Origin: Candidatus Micrarchaeota archaeon
GTDB taxonomy: Archaea > Micrarchaeota > Micrarchaeia > Micrarchaeales > CABMGC01
Assembly: GCA_028867335.1 (NCBI GenBank)
Contig: JAGWGN010000003.1
Location: forward strand, 1-62,553
Direction: 5' to 3'
Length of the DNA stretch: 62,553 bases
In this document: positions 44,008-54,105 of the stretch, piece after piece
How the letters are laid out: each line of letters begins with the position of its first letter
How positions within the stretch are numbered: the first letter of the stretch is position 1
Made by a program: the position numbers and the translations under genes
Notes under the pieces: generated by a model
Told to the model about the DNA's origin: nothing
Databases searched by the model: none
What the model saw: the letters and a program-made list of their open reading frames with translations, nothing else

Positions 44008-45234
44008 TTATTCTTTCTCGCGCTGCTTTGCATAGCGGTAGAGGCCTATTGAGAGCATACCGTTCGTTATCAGGATAACCAGGAAGACAATGTCTATCAG
44101 ATTAGGTATTACTATTCCCACGGTGGCCGGAAGGGTTGCTATTATTGCAGGGGCAAGCCCCTGTGCCACATAGAACCTTATAACTGTCGTGTCGCTCTTC
44201 TTGTGCTTCTTGTCAGAGATTATCCCGCTTAGAATCCCAGAGGTAAGGTACCTTATCCCCAGCATTATTATTGACATACCCACAGCTAGCGCTATTAGGA
44301 TGCCTTGCGGGCCTTGGGGGTTGAAGAGCATCCCTATGTAGACAAAGAAAAAAGTGCTTACAAAAAACGTTATCTCCTTCTGGTAGACCTTTATGTGGGA
44401 GATGTCCTGGAGCACGGGAGTAATCACGCTTCTTACGAGGAATTTCATGTCTGGAAGGTTAGCAAGAAGCATTCCGAAAATGAAAGTCGCCAGGGCACCG
44501 TTGAAGTTGAGGTACTCTGCGCTTCCGTAAACCGCAAGGACTATTGTCAGGGTGAGCATCCAGCTGTATTCGCTGCTGTACTTCTTGAACTTCTTGAGCA
44601 CAAAGACCCAGAATGCGGCAAAGAGAATCCCTATTAGTATCGAGCCCACTATAAACCCGAAGAGCTCGGCAGCGACGAAGTTGACGGTGTAGGTGCCTGT
44701 CGCCAGTATGTTGAAGAATATCAGGGGAATGACCAGGCTGAACACGTCGTTGAATACACTCTGGTATGCGAGCGTGGTCTTCATGCCATCGCTTATCTTT
44801 ATCACCTTGAAGAGGGCCGGAAGGGTTATGGAGCTGGTGCCGGAGAGGGCAAAGCCAGCCATCAGTGCCTGGACAATGCTCCAATTTTGTAAATAGTAGA
44901 GAATCAAGGTCACAGCCACACCAGTTATCACGCTGGTTGCAAGTGTGAATTTCGAGGCCTTGAGTAGGATGTCCCTGAGAGATGAGAGGCGTATGTTCAT
45001 TCCGACATCGAATAGGACAAACGCTATCGCTATTGCCGTTACAAACGGGGAGACCTGCGCCACCACGCTGCTAGAGGAGGTGTCCACAAGGTGCAGAATC
45101 GGCCCTATCGCAAGGCCTATTAGTAAAAGGGGCATTATGCTGGATATCTTGAGGCGGTAAAACATCGAGTTTAGTATGTACCCCAGGAAGACTATCCCTG
45201 CGAAAAGCAAGAAGAGCAATGCGACTTCGATCAT
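44008..45234 (-). CDS. Cation/H+ antiporter (CPA1, NhaP-like)
   Basis: About 12 TM segments, LFDVG, SVFNDV, FFFVYIG, GLAPA. Confidence 0.8.
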   Translation of the reverse strand: MIEVALLFLLFAGIVFLGYILNSMFYRLKISSIMPLLLIGLAIGPILHLVDTSSSSVVAQVSPFVTAIAIAFVLFDVGMNIRLSSLRDILLKASKFTLATSVITGVAVTLILYYLQNWSIVQALMAGFALSGTSSITLPALFKVIKISDGMKTTLAYQSVFNDVFSLVIPLIFFNILATGTYTVNFVAAELFGFIVGSILIGILFAAFWVFVLKKFKKYSSEYSWMLTLTIVLAVYGSAEYLNFNGALATFIFGMLLANLPDMKFLVRSVITPVLQDISHIKVYQKEITFFVSTFFFVYIGMLFNPQGPQGILIALAVGMSIIMLGIRYLTSGILSGIISDKKHKKSDTTVIRFYVAQGLAPAIIATLPATVGIVIPNLIDIVFLVILITNGMLSIGLYRYAKQREKE

Positions 45235-45249
45235 ATTTTCACCATTATG

Positions 45250-45374
45250 CGCCAGGGTAGGGATTTGAACCCTAAAGCCCGTGAGGGCACCGGTTTGCTT
45301 GTCGCATCATCTCCGAAGATCAGCTCTTGAGAGAATCTCAAGACCGGCGCGTTACCGGATTCTGCCACCCTGGC
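45250..45374 (-). tRNA. tRNA-Ser(TGA) with 41-nt intron at 37/38 (intron 45296-45336)
   Basis: Acceptor GCCAGGG/CCCTGGC, G73, anticodon stem CCGGT/ACCGG, long variable arm, bulge-helix-bulge with CTTG/CAAG central helix. Confidence 0.9.
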
Positions 45375-45482
45375 ACTACACTCTTTTGCGCGTGCAGTTT
45401 TATAACCATTTCTGGCTAGGCGTTCTGGGGCATTAAACGTATACTGGGAAATACTTATTAACAGCCAAATCAAAGCAGAAGC

Positions 45483-46172
45483 ATGGTAGGGACACGAAAG
45501 ATCTGCGCGGCAATAATGCCGCAGAGCACACACGAACTTCGGGGAATGCTTAAGGAAGCTGCAAGGCAACGGCCAGATTACCTTGAGCTTAGGCTCGACA
45601 GACTACAGGTGCAGGAGATTTCTAGTTCCTTGGCAGAGTTGGGAAGTATCAGGGCAGCAAATACGGTTCTTACTTTGAGAAGCAAAGAGGAGGGAGGGCA
45701 CTACGAAGGAGGCGACATGGAAAGGGCGAAGATTCTTGATATACTCACCAAACAAAACGCTATGTTCGTTGACGTTGAGGAGCCTTTTGCTAGAAGAAAC
45801 AGGGTTATTGTGAAAAGGATGAGGGAGGACGGAGCACGGGTTCTTTTATCATACCACAACTTTTACACGACGCCCATACCTAGAGTGCTAGGCAACCTGT
45901 GTGGCGAAATGCTTGAGAGAGGGGACGTTGCGAAAATAGTAACGACCGCCAACACGGCATTAGACAACCTGAAAATATTCAGGCTCTACGAGATGGCGAA
46001 TGCGGACGGGAAGCTACTTTCTTTTGCAATGGGGGAGTTGGGGCAGATATCCAGGATAATGAGCATAACGCACTACGGAGCTCCATTCACCTACTGCTCG
46101 CTTGGAGAGCCCATCGCCACAGGAATGCTGAGCATAAAGAAAATGAGGGGAATAATCAGGCACTTGCCGTGA
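45483..46172 (+). CDS. aroD: Type I 3-dehydroquinate dehydratase
   Basis: ELRLD, RSKEEGG, SYH, AKIV, MGELGQISR. Confidence 0.85.
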   Translation: MVGTRKICAAIMPQSTHELRGMLKEAARQRPDYLELRLDRLQVQEISSSLAELGSIRAANTVLTLRSKEEGGHYEGGDMERAKILDILTKQNAMFVDVEEPFARRNRVIVKRMREDGARVLLSYHNFYTTPIPRVLGNLCGEMLERGDVAKIVTTANTALDNLKIFRLYEMANADGKLLSFAMGELGQISRIMSITHYGAPFTYCSLGEPIATGMLSIKKMRGIIRHLP

Positions 46173-46569
46173 GCTTTGAGGTGCAGTTCGGGCACCTTGT
46201 CGCCTTTATGTTGATCGTGGAGAAACAGTACCTGCACTGCTTGGTCGAGATGCTCTCTGATTTGAGCTTCGACTCTATTCTCGAGAGCGGCTTTATTATG
46301 AAGAAGAAGAGCACGAATGCTATCACCACAAAGTTGATTATCGCATTGATGAACTCCCCGTAGGTTATCGTGCTGCCATTCACCACAACTGCGAGGTTTG
46401 CTACGTTTATGTGGCCAGGGATTCCTATGATCGGCGTGATTATGTTAGTGATGAAGGAGGTGACCACCGCGTTGAAGGCAACTCCGAACACCACCGCTGT
46501 TGCAAGGCCGACTACGTTCCCTTTGGAGATGAAGTCTTTGAACTCTGTCATCACAGTCTTGAAACTCAT
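46156..46569 (-). CDS. mscL: Large-conductance mechanosensitive channel
   Basis: EFKDFISKGNVVGLA, YGEFINAIINF, C-terminal CxxC...CPNC. Confidence 0.92.
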   Translation of the reverse strand: MSFKTVMTEFKDFISKGNVVGLATAVVFGVAFNAVVTSFITNIITPIIGIPGHINVANLAVVVNGSTITYGEFINAIINFVVIAFVLFFFIIKPLSRIESKLKSESISTKQCRYCFSTINIKATRCPNCTSKLTASA

Positions 46570-46605
46570 TTGTTCACCATGCTTGCATCATGTTTTTGAG
46601 CAGTC

Positions 46606-46680
46606 TGCTCCCGCCGGGATTTGAACCCGGGTCTCTAGCGTGAGAGGCTAACGTCCTTGACCGGACTAGACGACAGGAGC
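46606..46680 (-). tRNA. tRNA-Glu(CTC)
   Basis: GCTCCTG...TTAGC-CTCTCAC-GCTAG...GGTTCAAATCC...CGGGAGCA. Confidence 0.93.
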
Positions 46681-46781
46681 ACTGACTTTTCCTAGGTAAT
46701 ATGCCTAAACTGCTTAATAAACTTGATGGTTTTGTAGGCGTTCCGAACGATTTATAAGAATGTTCGGCAGATTAGAGTAGT

Positions 46782-47315
46782 ATGGCAGCATCCCATCTTG
46801 ACAGCAGGGAATTCCGCGACGGACTTCTAGGGACGGGGATTGCGGCAATCGGCCTTTTGCTCCTCTACTCCTTGATCGTAACGACTAACTACAGCCAGCT
46901 CTCAAATTCGATAGACAACCTATTTGTGGTCCAGCCGCCGATAAGATTCTACGTGAACGTGACGCCAATAAACTATCTGGGGCTTACCCACGTCGCGCTC
47001 AGCCAGAATTTCTGCCCGGAAAGCAACACGACAATTAAGCAGGCAGCGGCGAACTTCAGGCTAAACTACTACGTAAACGCAACTCCGGGGCAGGGATTCG
47101 CCTACTCGCTGGTATACGACCCGACGCAGATGAACATCACAAGGGTTGTTGTCCTTCCCCCTTTCAAGCTTGACTACTACTGGAACCACAAAATGAACGT
47201 CTCCGACTGTGTCGGATACCCTAATGCGCTTGAGAACTTCACCATGGTGATCCAGGCGCCGAACTCGACCTATGTCGGTAGCTTCTACGCGGTCGTCTTC
47301 GCCGATAAGAAGTAG
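46782..47315 (+). CDS. Membrane-anchored hypothetical protein
   Basis: One N-terminal TM; several N-x-S/T sequons. Confidence 0.7.
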   Translation: MAASHLDSREFRDGLLGTGIAAIGLLLLYSLIVTTNYSQLSNSIDNLFVVQPPIRFYVNVTPINYLGLTHVALSQNFCPESNTTIKQAAANFRLNYYVNATPGQGFAYSLVYDPTQMNITRVVVLPPFKLDYYWNHKMNVSDCVGYPNALENFTMVIQAPNSTYVGSFYAVVFADKK

Positions 47316-47384
47316 GCAGTTCCGCTAATGTGATAGCAATTTATCCCTTCGCAGCCCATACTGTTTGTTTCTATTTGTGATCTC

Positions 47385-48605
47385 ATGCCTCTTGCAGAAA
47401 AGTACGCACCAACGACGCTAAACCAGATGGTCGGCAACGAGGACTCGGTGGAGAGGCTCATGAAGTTTGCGATGGAATCGCACGGGCCGGGGACCCGCAG
47501 GCCGCTTCTTCTCTACGGGCCTTCAGGGACCGGGAAGACGACCGCTGCGCACGCGCTGGCGTACTCCAACGGCTTTGAGATACTCGAGATGAACGCAAGC
47601 GACTACCGCGACGCAGCGACGCTCAGCAACACCCTGATTCCGGCGAGCAAGTCCTCGGGCCTTTTCTCGAGGAAGCTGATAATAATACTAGACGAGATTG
47701 ACGAGCGCTCCGACAAGTTCGATGCGGGCTCTGAGAAGGTGATAATGCAGCTTGTCAAGGAGTCGAGGCACCCGATAATATTCATAGCAAGCGACTTCTG
47801 GGACAGGAAGATAAGCTTCCTGAGGGAATCCGTCGACAAGATTGAGTTCAAGAGGGTCAACAAGGAGGAGATAAGGAAGCTGATGAAGACGATCGTGAAG
47901 AAGGAAGGTGCAGAAATCAGCGACCAGACAATAGATCAGCTTGTGGCAAGGTCGAACGGGGACATACGCGGAGGCCTAAACGACCTAGAGGTGATGATGG
48001 GCGGCGTTCCGGAGCTCATCGAGAACCTTGGGATGCGGGACAGAAAGCTCGAGGTTTACGGTGTGCTCGACAAGATATTCCTCACGCGGAACTTTGATAC
48101 CGCCAGGGAAGCGGGGATGAACACGGACCTAGACAGCGACATGCTGATAAACTGGGTCGACGAGAACGTGCCCAACAGGTACACCTGGAAGCTGGACCTG
48201 ATTTCCGCATACGGCAACCTGGCGAGGGCCAGCTTCTTTTTGGGGCAGGCGAGCCGCAAGAGCTACTACGGATACCTGCGCTACTCGAGCATACTGATGA
48301 CAAGCGGGGTTTCGCTTGCGCCGAGCGGGGAGGTGAGCTACATGAAGAACTACGCCTTCCCGAACAACATAAAGCAGCTCAGCAAAAGCAAGGCAAGCCG
48401 CAACGCGGTCTCGGGCGCGATAGTGAAGCTTGTCTACGCCCTGCACGCAAGCAAGAAGGACATCTTCAACGGATACCTCCAGCTGCTCAAGGCGATGATA
48501 AAGGAGGGTACAAAGGAATATGGCGAGGAAAAGACGTTCGAATTCTTCCAGAGGACCTACTCCCTTGAGAAGGATGACATCAAGGCGATCCTTGCATCTA
48601 ATTAG
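47385..48605 (+). CDS. rfcL: Replication factor C large subunit
   Basis: EKYAP, GPSGTGKT, EMNASDYR, LDEID, GDIR, WVDEN. Confidence 0.9.
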   Translation: MPLAEKYAPTTLNQMVGNEDSVERLMKFAMESHGPGTRRPLLLYGPSGTGKTTAAHALAYSNGFEILEMNASDYRDAATLSNTLIPASKSSGLFSRKLIIILDEIDERSDKFDAGSEKVIMQLVKESRHPIIFIASDFWDRKISFLRESVDKIEFKRVNKEEIRKLMKTIVKKEGAEISDQTIDQLVARSNGDIRGGLNDLEVMMGGVPELIENLGMRDRKLEVYGVLDKIFLTRNFDTAREAGMNTDLDSDMLINWVDENVPNRYTWKLDLISAYGNLARASFFLGQASRKSYYGYLRYSSILMTSGVSLAPSGEVSYMKNYAFPNNIKQLSKSKASRNAVSGAIVKLVYALHASKKDIFNGYLQLLKAMIKEGTKEYGEEKTFEFFQRTYSLEKDDIKAILASN

Positions 48606-49125
48606 GCATCTTCGGATCCCGCTTGAGCGGGTCGCGCATCAAAAAGAGCATATCGCCGGCATGCGCCTGGTTGAAGCGGACGAGTTTCTCATTCACGATT
48701 ATCAGGTCCTTGAGCCTGATACCCATCTGGGCGATCTTGGTCTCGGGGCTTTTCTTTATCTCGCTTGGCTCGATCTCAAAACGCTCTTCCAAAACGACGC
48801 GGCCCTTGATCAGATTTATGTTTAGGAACTCGATTGAGAGGACTGAGAGGTACCCCAGGCTCTTCATGAGTATTTTGCCCTCGAGCTCCGTCTGTATTCC
48901 AACCGCATACACGCAGCCCGCAATCCTCGAATCCGCGGTGAACGCATGGCCCAGGCTCAGATTGAAATACGAGTTGTTTGAGAAAACCGGAGTCTCGTTA
49001 AGAAAATCTGTTTTGGTGGAGTAGATGCTCTTGCTTCCCGAGACATCGAATACCTGCACAGAGCTTTCCTGCTGCTTTGTCCGGATTGTCGCGATCTGCT
49101 TTGATGCAAATGACAGTTGGTCCAC
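48598..49125 (-). CDS. Hypothetical protein downstream of pheT
   Basis: ORF abutting pheT stop; no family recognised. Confidence 0.5.
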   Translation of the reverse strand: MDQLSFASKQIATIRTKQQESSVQVFDVSGSKSIYSTKTDFLNETPVFSNNSYFNLSLGHAFTADSRIAGCVYAVGIQTELEGKILMKSLGYLSVLSIEFLNINLIKGRVVLEERFEIEPSEIKKSPETKIAQMGIRLKDLIIVNEKLVRFNQAHAGDMLFLMRDPLKRDPKMPN

Positions 49126-50751
49126 CTACAGGCTAATCTCAAAGGCTATCGTCGGCTCCTCGATCCCGAAGTTGCTTAGAACCTCTGGATGGACTTCCCC
49201 GAAGACTCCTATGTTTTTGCCCTTAAGGATAACTGATGCGCACCTACCCTCTATAAAACTTCTGTGCGAATTCTCCTTGATCTGGTACTCTATCCGCATG
49301 CTCTGCAGGACCGCCTCTACTACGGCCTTGATCTGGTTGAAGTTTGACTTGGGGTCCGTGATCACTCCGGCAAGCATCTGATTCTCATTTACCTGGCCCG
49401 AGATGCCAAAGACAAAATCAAGCTCGAATATCCTCTGCGGCATCTTCTCGTGCACCGACATCCCGATGTTGCCGAGCAGCGACGGAAGAAGGGAGGTCCT
49501 CAGCATCGTGAGCTTCTGCATCTTTGCATCCTTGACGCGTACATACTTTGAATCGTGATCCTTGAGCCTCATGCTGTCAAAGTCCTGCCTCTCGCTTGTC
49601 AGATACGAGTTTAGCATCTCGCTAAAGCCGAGGCCCACCATGACTTCCGAAAGCTCCCTGCTGCGCCTGGTGGCATCCTCTATCTCGCCCATCTGCTCCG
49701 AGTAAATGGAGACTGCCTGGATGAAGTCGTACCCGTATGCGATTGCAATGTCCTCTATCACATCCTGCTCGTTGAGTATGTCAAGGCGATACTCGGGGAT
49801 CCTAAAGCGTATGTTCCTGCCGACCAGCGCTGCCTCGTACCCCATCTTGTTTGCAAGAGAGATCACGTTGTTGAATCCGATTATGACGCCTATCTGGCCC
49901 TCGATCTTTATCAGCGGTATCTCAATGTTCGCGGAGGACATCTTCGGAAGTATGACGCTTGATCCCTTATATGAGACCTTCACCTTCTCGACGCTTGCGC
50001 CCAGGTCGAGGAACATTGCTGCGAAGAGGTCCGCCGACTTCTCGACGATGTATCTTGATGTGCCAGTTATCTCAATCAGGAGATTCTTCGTGGAGCCTGT
50101 GACCTTCGTCCTCTCGGAGTTTAGTATTGGGACAAACGAGATTGTGCCGTTTGCGTCCTTGAGCACTGGGTAGAGCTTTGAGTCCCCGATCGTGCCTGCG
50201 TACGCCATCCCCTTCTCGTTCCTCTTTAGTATCTCGCTGAGCTTCATCTTCCTTGAAATGCCTAGCGCCAGGAACTCCTCATCCTTCACCGCATCATACG
50301 TGAGATTTCCCGCTATCTGGTCCAGGTCGTGGAGCCCTATCGCAAGCCTCTTTCGGTTCCTCCCGTAGTTTGATGCGAACTTCTCAGTGAATGCGAGAAG
50401 GTGCTTGAGGCTCTGCTCGTCAAACTTCATTCCCTTGACAACCATTCCAGAAATGAACGGCCTTAAGCCCTCGATTTCGCCTCCGACCGAGATTTCGAGC
50501 GCCGGGGCATTTCCCTTTATCACATACTTTAGCTTCTTGCTCTTGTGCATGAAGTTCTTCAGCGCCCTTGCAAAGCCCACAATGTCGACAACGTCGGGCC
50601 TGTTTGCGGGCAGCGCGATCCCGACCTCCTCCTTTGTGCTCGTCTCGACCTCAAATCCCATCTTCTCGATGTGCATGGCGAGCTTTTTTTCGTCAAGCCT
50701 TAGGCCAAGCAGCCTGAAGAGGTAATTTTTGTTGAATGTTACGTTTACCAT
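49126..50751 (-). CDS. pheT: Phenylalanyl-tRNA synthetase beta subunit
   Basis: ANRPD, AIGLHD, YRLDIL...DVIEDIAIAYGY, GEVHPEVL. Confidence 0.93.
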   Translation of the reverse strand: MVNVTFNKNYLFRLLGLRLDEKKLAMHIEKMGFEVETSTKEEVGIALPANRPDVVDIVGFARALKNFMHKSKKLKYVIKGNAPALEISVGGEIEGLRPFISGMVVKGMKFDEQSLKHLLAFTEKFASNYGRNRKRLAIGLHDLDQIAGNLTYDAVKDEEFLALGISRKMKLSEILKRNEKGMAYAGTIGDSKLYPVLKDANGTISFVPILNSERTKVTGSTKNLLIEITGTSRYIVEKSADLFAAMFLDLGASVEKVKVSYKGSSVILPKMSSANIEIPLIKIEGQIGVIIGFNNVISLANKMGYEAALVGRNIRFRIPEYRLDILNEQDVIEDIAIAYGYDFIQAVSIYSEQMGEIEDATRRSRELSEVMVGLGFSEMLNSYLTSERQDFDSMRLKDHDSKYVRVKDAKMQKLTMLRTSLLPSLLGNIGMSVHEKMPQRIFELDFVFGISGQVNENQMLAGVITDPKSNFNQIKAVVEAVLQSMRIEYQIKENSHRSFIEGRCASVILKGKNIGVFGEVHPEVLSNFGIEEPTIAFEISL

Positions 50752-50755
50752 GATA

Positions 50756-52234
50756 TCACAGCGTCTTCCTGGACCTTATCCATCCCACTCCGTTGTTGTA
50801 TAGGTCAGGCAGCCTCTCTATATCCTTGTCTGTTATCAGCAGCAATCTCTCGACGCTTGCTCCCCATGCGAGCACCGTGATGTTCTTCTTTGCTATTCCT
50901 GTTATCTCCCTTCTGAGCATTCCGCATCCGGCGACCTCAAGCCACTCCTTGCGCTCCTCGTGGTATGCGTACATCTCTGCGCCCGGCTCGACGAACGGGA
51001 AGTATGCTGGCTTGAACTTCACCTTCAGCCCAAGACTCTTGTAGATCTTTGTGAGCGTGTCGAATAGGTTTGCGAGCGTCAGGTTTTCCCCCACGATTAT
51101 CCCGTCTGTTTGGTAGAAGTCTGGCAGGTGCTTGTAGTCAATGTTCTCGTTCCTAAACACCCGGCCTACCGAGAAAAGCTTGAGCGGAAGCTTGTACTCT
51201 TTGTACTTGGAGAGGTTGTAGAGCTCCTGGATTGAGACCGTGGTTGTCTGGGTCCTGAGTACCGCCTGCATCGCGACCTGCTCTAGCCAGTCGCTCTTCC
51301 AGGCCTGCTCGTGCTCCTCCTTCACCTTGCCCATCACCTTCCTGTCGAGAATCTCGATCTGCGATGGATTAGATAGGTAGAACGTGTCCTGCACCTCCCT
51401 TGCGGGGTGGTCCTGCGGGGTGAAGAGCGTGTCGAAGTTCCAGAATGCCGGGATCACGACAGGGCCGGAGATCTCCTTGAAGCCCATGTTGGTGTATGTG
51501 TCCTTGACGCTGTTGATAGCCCTTCTCAGCGGATGAAGCTTTGCCGGAATCTCGCTCTCGACCGGTACGTTTATGTCGTATGCCTTGAACTTCTTCCCCT
51601 TCCAGCTGCGGGTTGCTATCGCCTTCTTGTCCAGAGCATCGATCTCGCCCTCGTGCTTTGTCTCGGCTGTAAGGAGCTCCTTTCCCTTCGGGTTTATCGT
51701 GATGCTCGTGATCTCGTTTCTCCTCTCGGTGACAATCAGCTTCCTTTTCAGGAGGTTTTCCACCTCCTGCTTTTTCTCCTTTAGCATCATAGTGAATAGG
51801 CTTGGGTTCTCGCCGAGTTTCTTTAGAACATACTCCTCCCCGATTCCCTTGGAGATCGCCTCCTTTCCCTTTGCGGTGAGGATTATGATTCCTTTCTCGA
51901 TTGCGATGAGCTCCTTTGTCTTTGCCCACTGAAGGCCTATCCTTGACTGAGGGTCGCCTAGGGTCCTTATCTCAATCGACTTCTTTGAGAGCTTTTGTAT
52001 GAGCGCCGTTTCCGGAAGCTGCGATGAGGCGTAGAGCTTCCCTTCCTCGGTCAGTGAGACCGACTCGCTTTCCTTTCTTGCCATCGTTATTGCGCCAGAC
52101 TTTGAGAGGCCCTCGATTGCCCAGAGGACTCCGTCCCTTCCTGTCCCGCTCTTCTCGACCAGCTGCTCGAGCGAGAGGGGCTTGCCAGGCTCTAGGCACT
52201 TTAGCACGGCTATTTCGTATCTATGCAAATTCAC
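50756..52234 (-). CDS. pheS: Phenylalanyl-tRNA synthetase alpha subunit
   Basis: WNFDTLFTPQDHPAREVQDTF, GRVFRNE, YFPFVEP. Confidence 0.95.
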   Translation of the reverse strand: MNLHRYEIAVLKCLEPGKPLSLEQLVEKSGTGRDGVLWAIEGLSKSGAITMARKESESVSLTEEGKLYASSQLPETALIQKLSKKSIEIRTLGDPQSRIGLQWAKTKELIAIEKGIIILTAKGKEAISKGIGEEYVLKKLGENPSLFTMMLKEKKQEVENLLKRKLIVTERRNEITSITINPKGKELLTAETKHEGEIDALDKKAIATRSWKGKKFKAYDINVPVESEIPAKLHPLRRAINSVKDTYTNMGFKEISGPVVIPAFWNFDTLFTPQDHPAREVQDTFYLSNPSQIEILDRKVMGKVKEEHEQAWKSDWLEQVAMQAVLRTQTTTVSIQELYNLSKYKEYKLPLKLFSVGRVFRNENIDYKHLPDFYQTDGIIVGENLTLANLFDTLTKIYKSLGLKVKFKPAYFPFVEPGAEMYAYHEERKEWLEVAGCGMLRREITGIAKKNITVLAWGASVERLLLITDKDIERLPDLYNNGVGWIRSRKTL

Positions 52235-53004
52235 ACCTTAGTGTTTGAGACCCTTATGTAGAGGTATACCAAGAGTGCGATCGCCACTACCGCGAGGATC
52301 ACCAAAAGCAGCGAGATGTAGTTGGTGTAGATCCCGCTGAAGAACGCCGAGACCTCCTGCCCAGGCGACTGGGTGATTATGTAGGAGAACGTGAAAGAGG
52401 ATAGGGGCTCCTGGCTATACCATGAGAAGAGCGTGGAACCGGTGTAGTTGCTGATGAAGCTGAGGACCGGGAAGTCCGGGACCGGGTAGATCGAGACGAT
52501 CTGGGCGCCCTTTGGGACGACGATGTTGAGCTTCGAGGCCTGGGAGAGGCTCTGGCCGCTCGCCGTGTGCACGAAGTTGAAGACGCTGTTGTTGAAGTCG
52601 TACTGGAACTTCCTTGGGGCTATGGCGGTTATTGTCGTTACATTGCTCACGTAGTAGTTTAACGTTAGCTGCGCGAACCCGTTTCCCTGCGCATAGTTTA
52701 TCGGGCCAGGGAGGAACGCGAAGCCGTAGATGCTCGACTTGGGGTTTAGTATGTGCTCGACAAGCAGGTTGGTGTTTAGCGCGGCCTGCCAGTTTGAGAT
52801 CGTGAAGTTTATCGCCTGCCTGTCCTGAAGGTACTGGGCGATCGAGGAGTTGGAGATGAAAAGGTTTAGCGACTCGACCACGTGCGCGCTCCCGTTGTTG
52901 TTTAGCACGACCGTGGTGTTTAGGTAGGTGACGTTGAAGTACGCGTTTACGTTCAGCATAGCAAAGCAGAGAAGCAGTAGTACTGGAATTGCTATTTTTA
53001 TCAT
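52231..53004 (-). CDS. Secreted, C-terminally anchored hypothetical protein
   Basis: Signal peptide, Asn/Ser-rich body, C-terminal TM. Confidence 0.7.
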   Translation of the reverse strand: MIKIAIPVLLLLCFAMLNVNAYFNVTYLNTTVVLNNNGSAHVVESLNLFISNSSIAQYLQDRQAINFTISNWQAALNTNLLVEHILNPKSSIYGFAFLPGPINYAQGNGFAQLTLNYYVSNVTTITAIAPRKFQYDFNNSVFNFVHTASGQSLSQASKLNIVVPKGAQIVSIYPVPDFPVLSFISNYTGSTLFSWYSQEPLSSFTFSYIITQSPGQEVSAFFSGIYTNYISLLLVILAVVAIALLVYLYIRVSNTKV

Positions 53005-53068
53005 CTGGACCCCAATAGTAGTATTCCCCAACTACTATTTTTAAGGGTATTGTTTGCCTTTTCTCCGC

Positions 53069-54067
53069 CTAGAACGAATTTGTGCTTGCGTTGAAGAAAG
53101 AGGTCACCAGCCCGTTGTCTATCGGCTCCCCCTTCCTTATCATATAGATCCCGTTGTCTAGATGGAGTATGTAGCTGTAGAGCTTGCTCTCGTGCTTCCC
53201 CCCGTCCCTTAAGACCTCGATTAGGCTGCTCATGTGCTCTATGAAATCAATTGCGTTGTCTGCGATTACGTATCCCCCGACCTTGAGCTTTGGAAGAACT
53301 CTCCTGAGATATTCCGCGTAATTCTGCTTGTCTGCATCAAGGAAGACCATGTCAATTGGTCTATGCCAGCTATCAAGGACCTCTGAGATTGTTCCGCGGA
53401 GCTGCACAATGTTGTCGATTCCCGCAGCCTCGATGTTTTTGCTTGCCATTCCGATCTTTAGCATCGACATATCTGCAGTATGGACTATGCCGTCGTTTTC
53501 CTTTACCCCCATCGCCTGCCAGATTCCTGAGTATCCTGCAGATGTCCCGAGCTCGAGTATCTCACGCGCCTTCGTCTGCTTTGCCATATGATAGAGGAAG
53601 AGTCCGGTCCTTCTCGGGATCTGCCAGAGCCTCATCTCGTTGTTTGGCATCCATACCTTACGCTCCTCTGCCGTGAGCTTCTCCTGTTTTATTGCCCATG
53701 TGGAGTTGAGCTTCTCGAGCCTTCGAAGTACTTTGTCCACCTTTTCTGGAACATTTATGTTGTGGATAAGCTGCAGGTTCTTTGCTGATACATTCGGAGG
53801 TACCACAAGGCCCTCGGGATAAAACTTGAAATGGGCCACGCTGTGGGCGCCATCCTTTGCGATTTTGCGCTTAAGAGAGATCAAGGCCTTTGCGCCTTCT
53901 GTAAAGTCCTCTTTTGTTTCCAAAACAGATGATTGCCCCTTTGGCTTACGCTCATGATTGTTTTTTGTTCCCACAGTCCCCACACTATAGCATATGAATT
54001 TCCTGATATATAAACGTTTTCCGATAGCAAAATGGCCCCTTTTAAAGCTTTTGTGGAAGAGTGCCAT
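53069..54067 (-). CDS. Class I SAM-dependent O-methyltransferase with N-terminal extension (start uncertain)
   Basis: ILELGTSAGYSG, VFLDADK, GGYVIADN. Confidence 0.85.
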   Translation of the reverse strand: MALFHKSFKRGHFAIGKRLYIRKFICYSVGTVGTKNNHERKPKGQSSVLETKEDFTEGAKALISLKRKIAKDGAHSVAHFKFYPEGLVVPPNVSAKNLQLIHNINVPEKVDKVLRRLEKLNSTWAIKQEKLTAEERKVWMPNNEMRLWQIPRRTGLFLYHMAKQTKAREILELGTSAGYSGIWQAMGVKENDGIVHTADMSMLKIGMASKNIEAAGIDNIVQLRGTISEVLDSWHRPIDMVFLDADKQNYAEYLRRVLPKLKVGGYVIADNAIDFIEHMSSLIEVLRDGGKHESKLYSYILHLDNGIYMIRKGEPIDNGLVTSFFNASTNSF

Positions 54068-54105
54068 CGCAAACTAATTTAGAAATGAGATGCGCTAGGA
54101 TATCC

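Noticed and set aside
45250-45374. Reading this tRNA as Leu(CAA) or selenocysteine (TCA) from triplets within the insert
   Set aside because: Those triplets lie in the intron; BHB geometry, G73 and the 7-bp acceptor stem give Ser(TGA).
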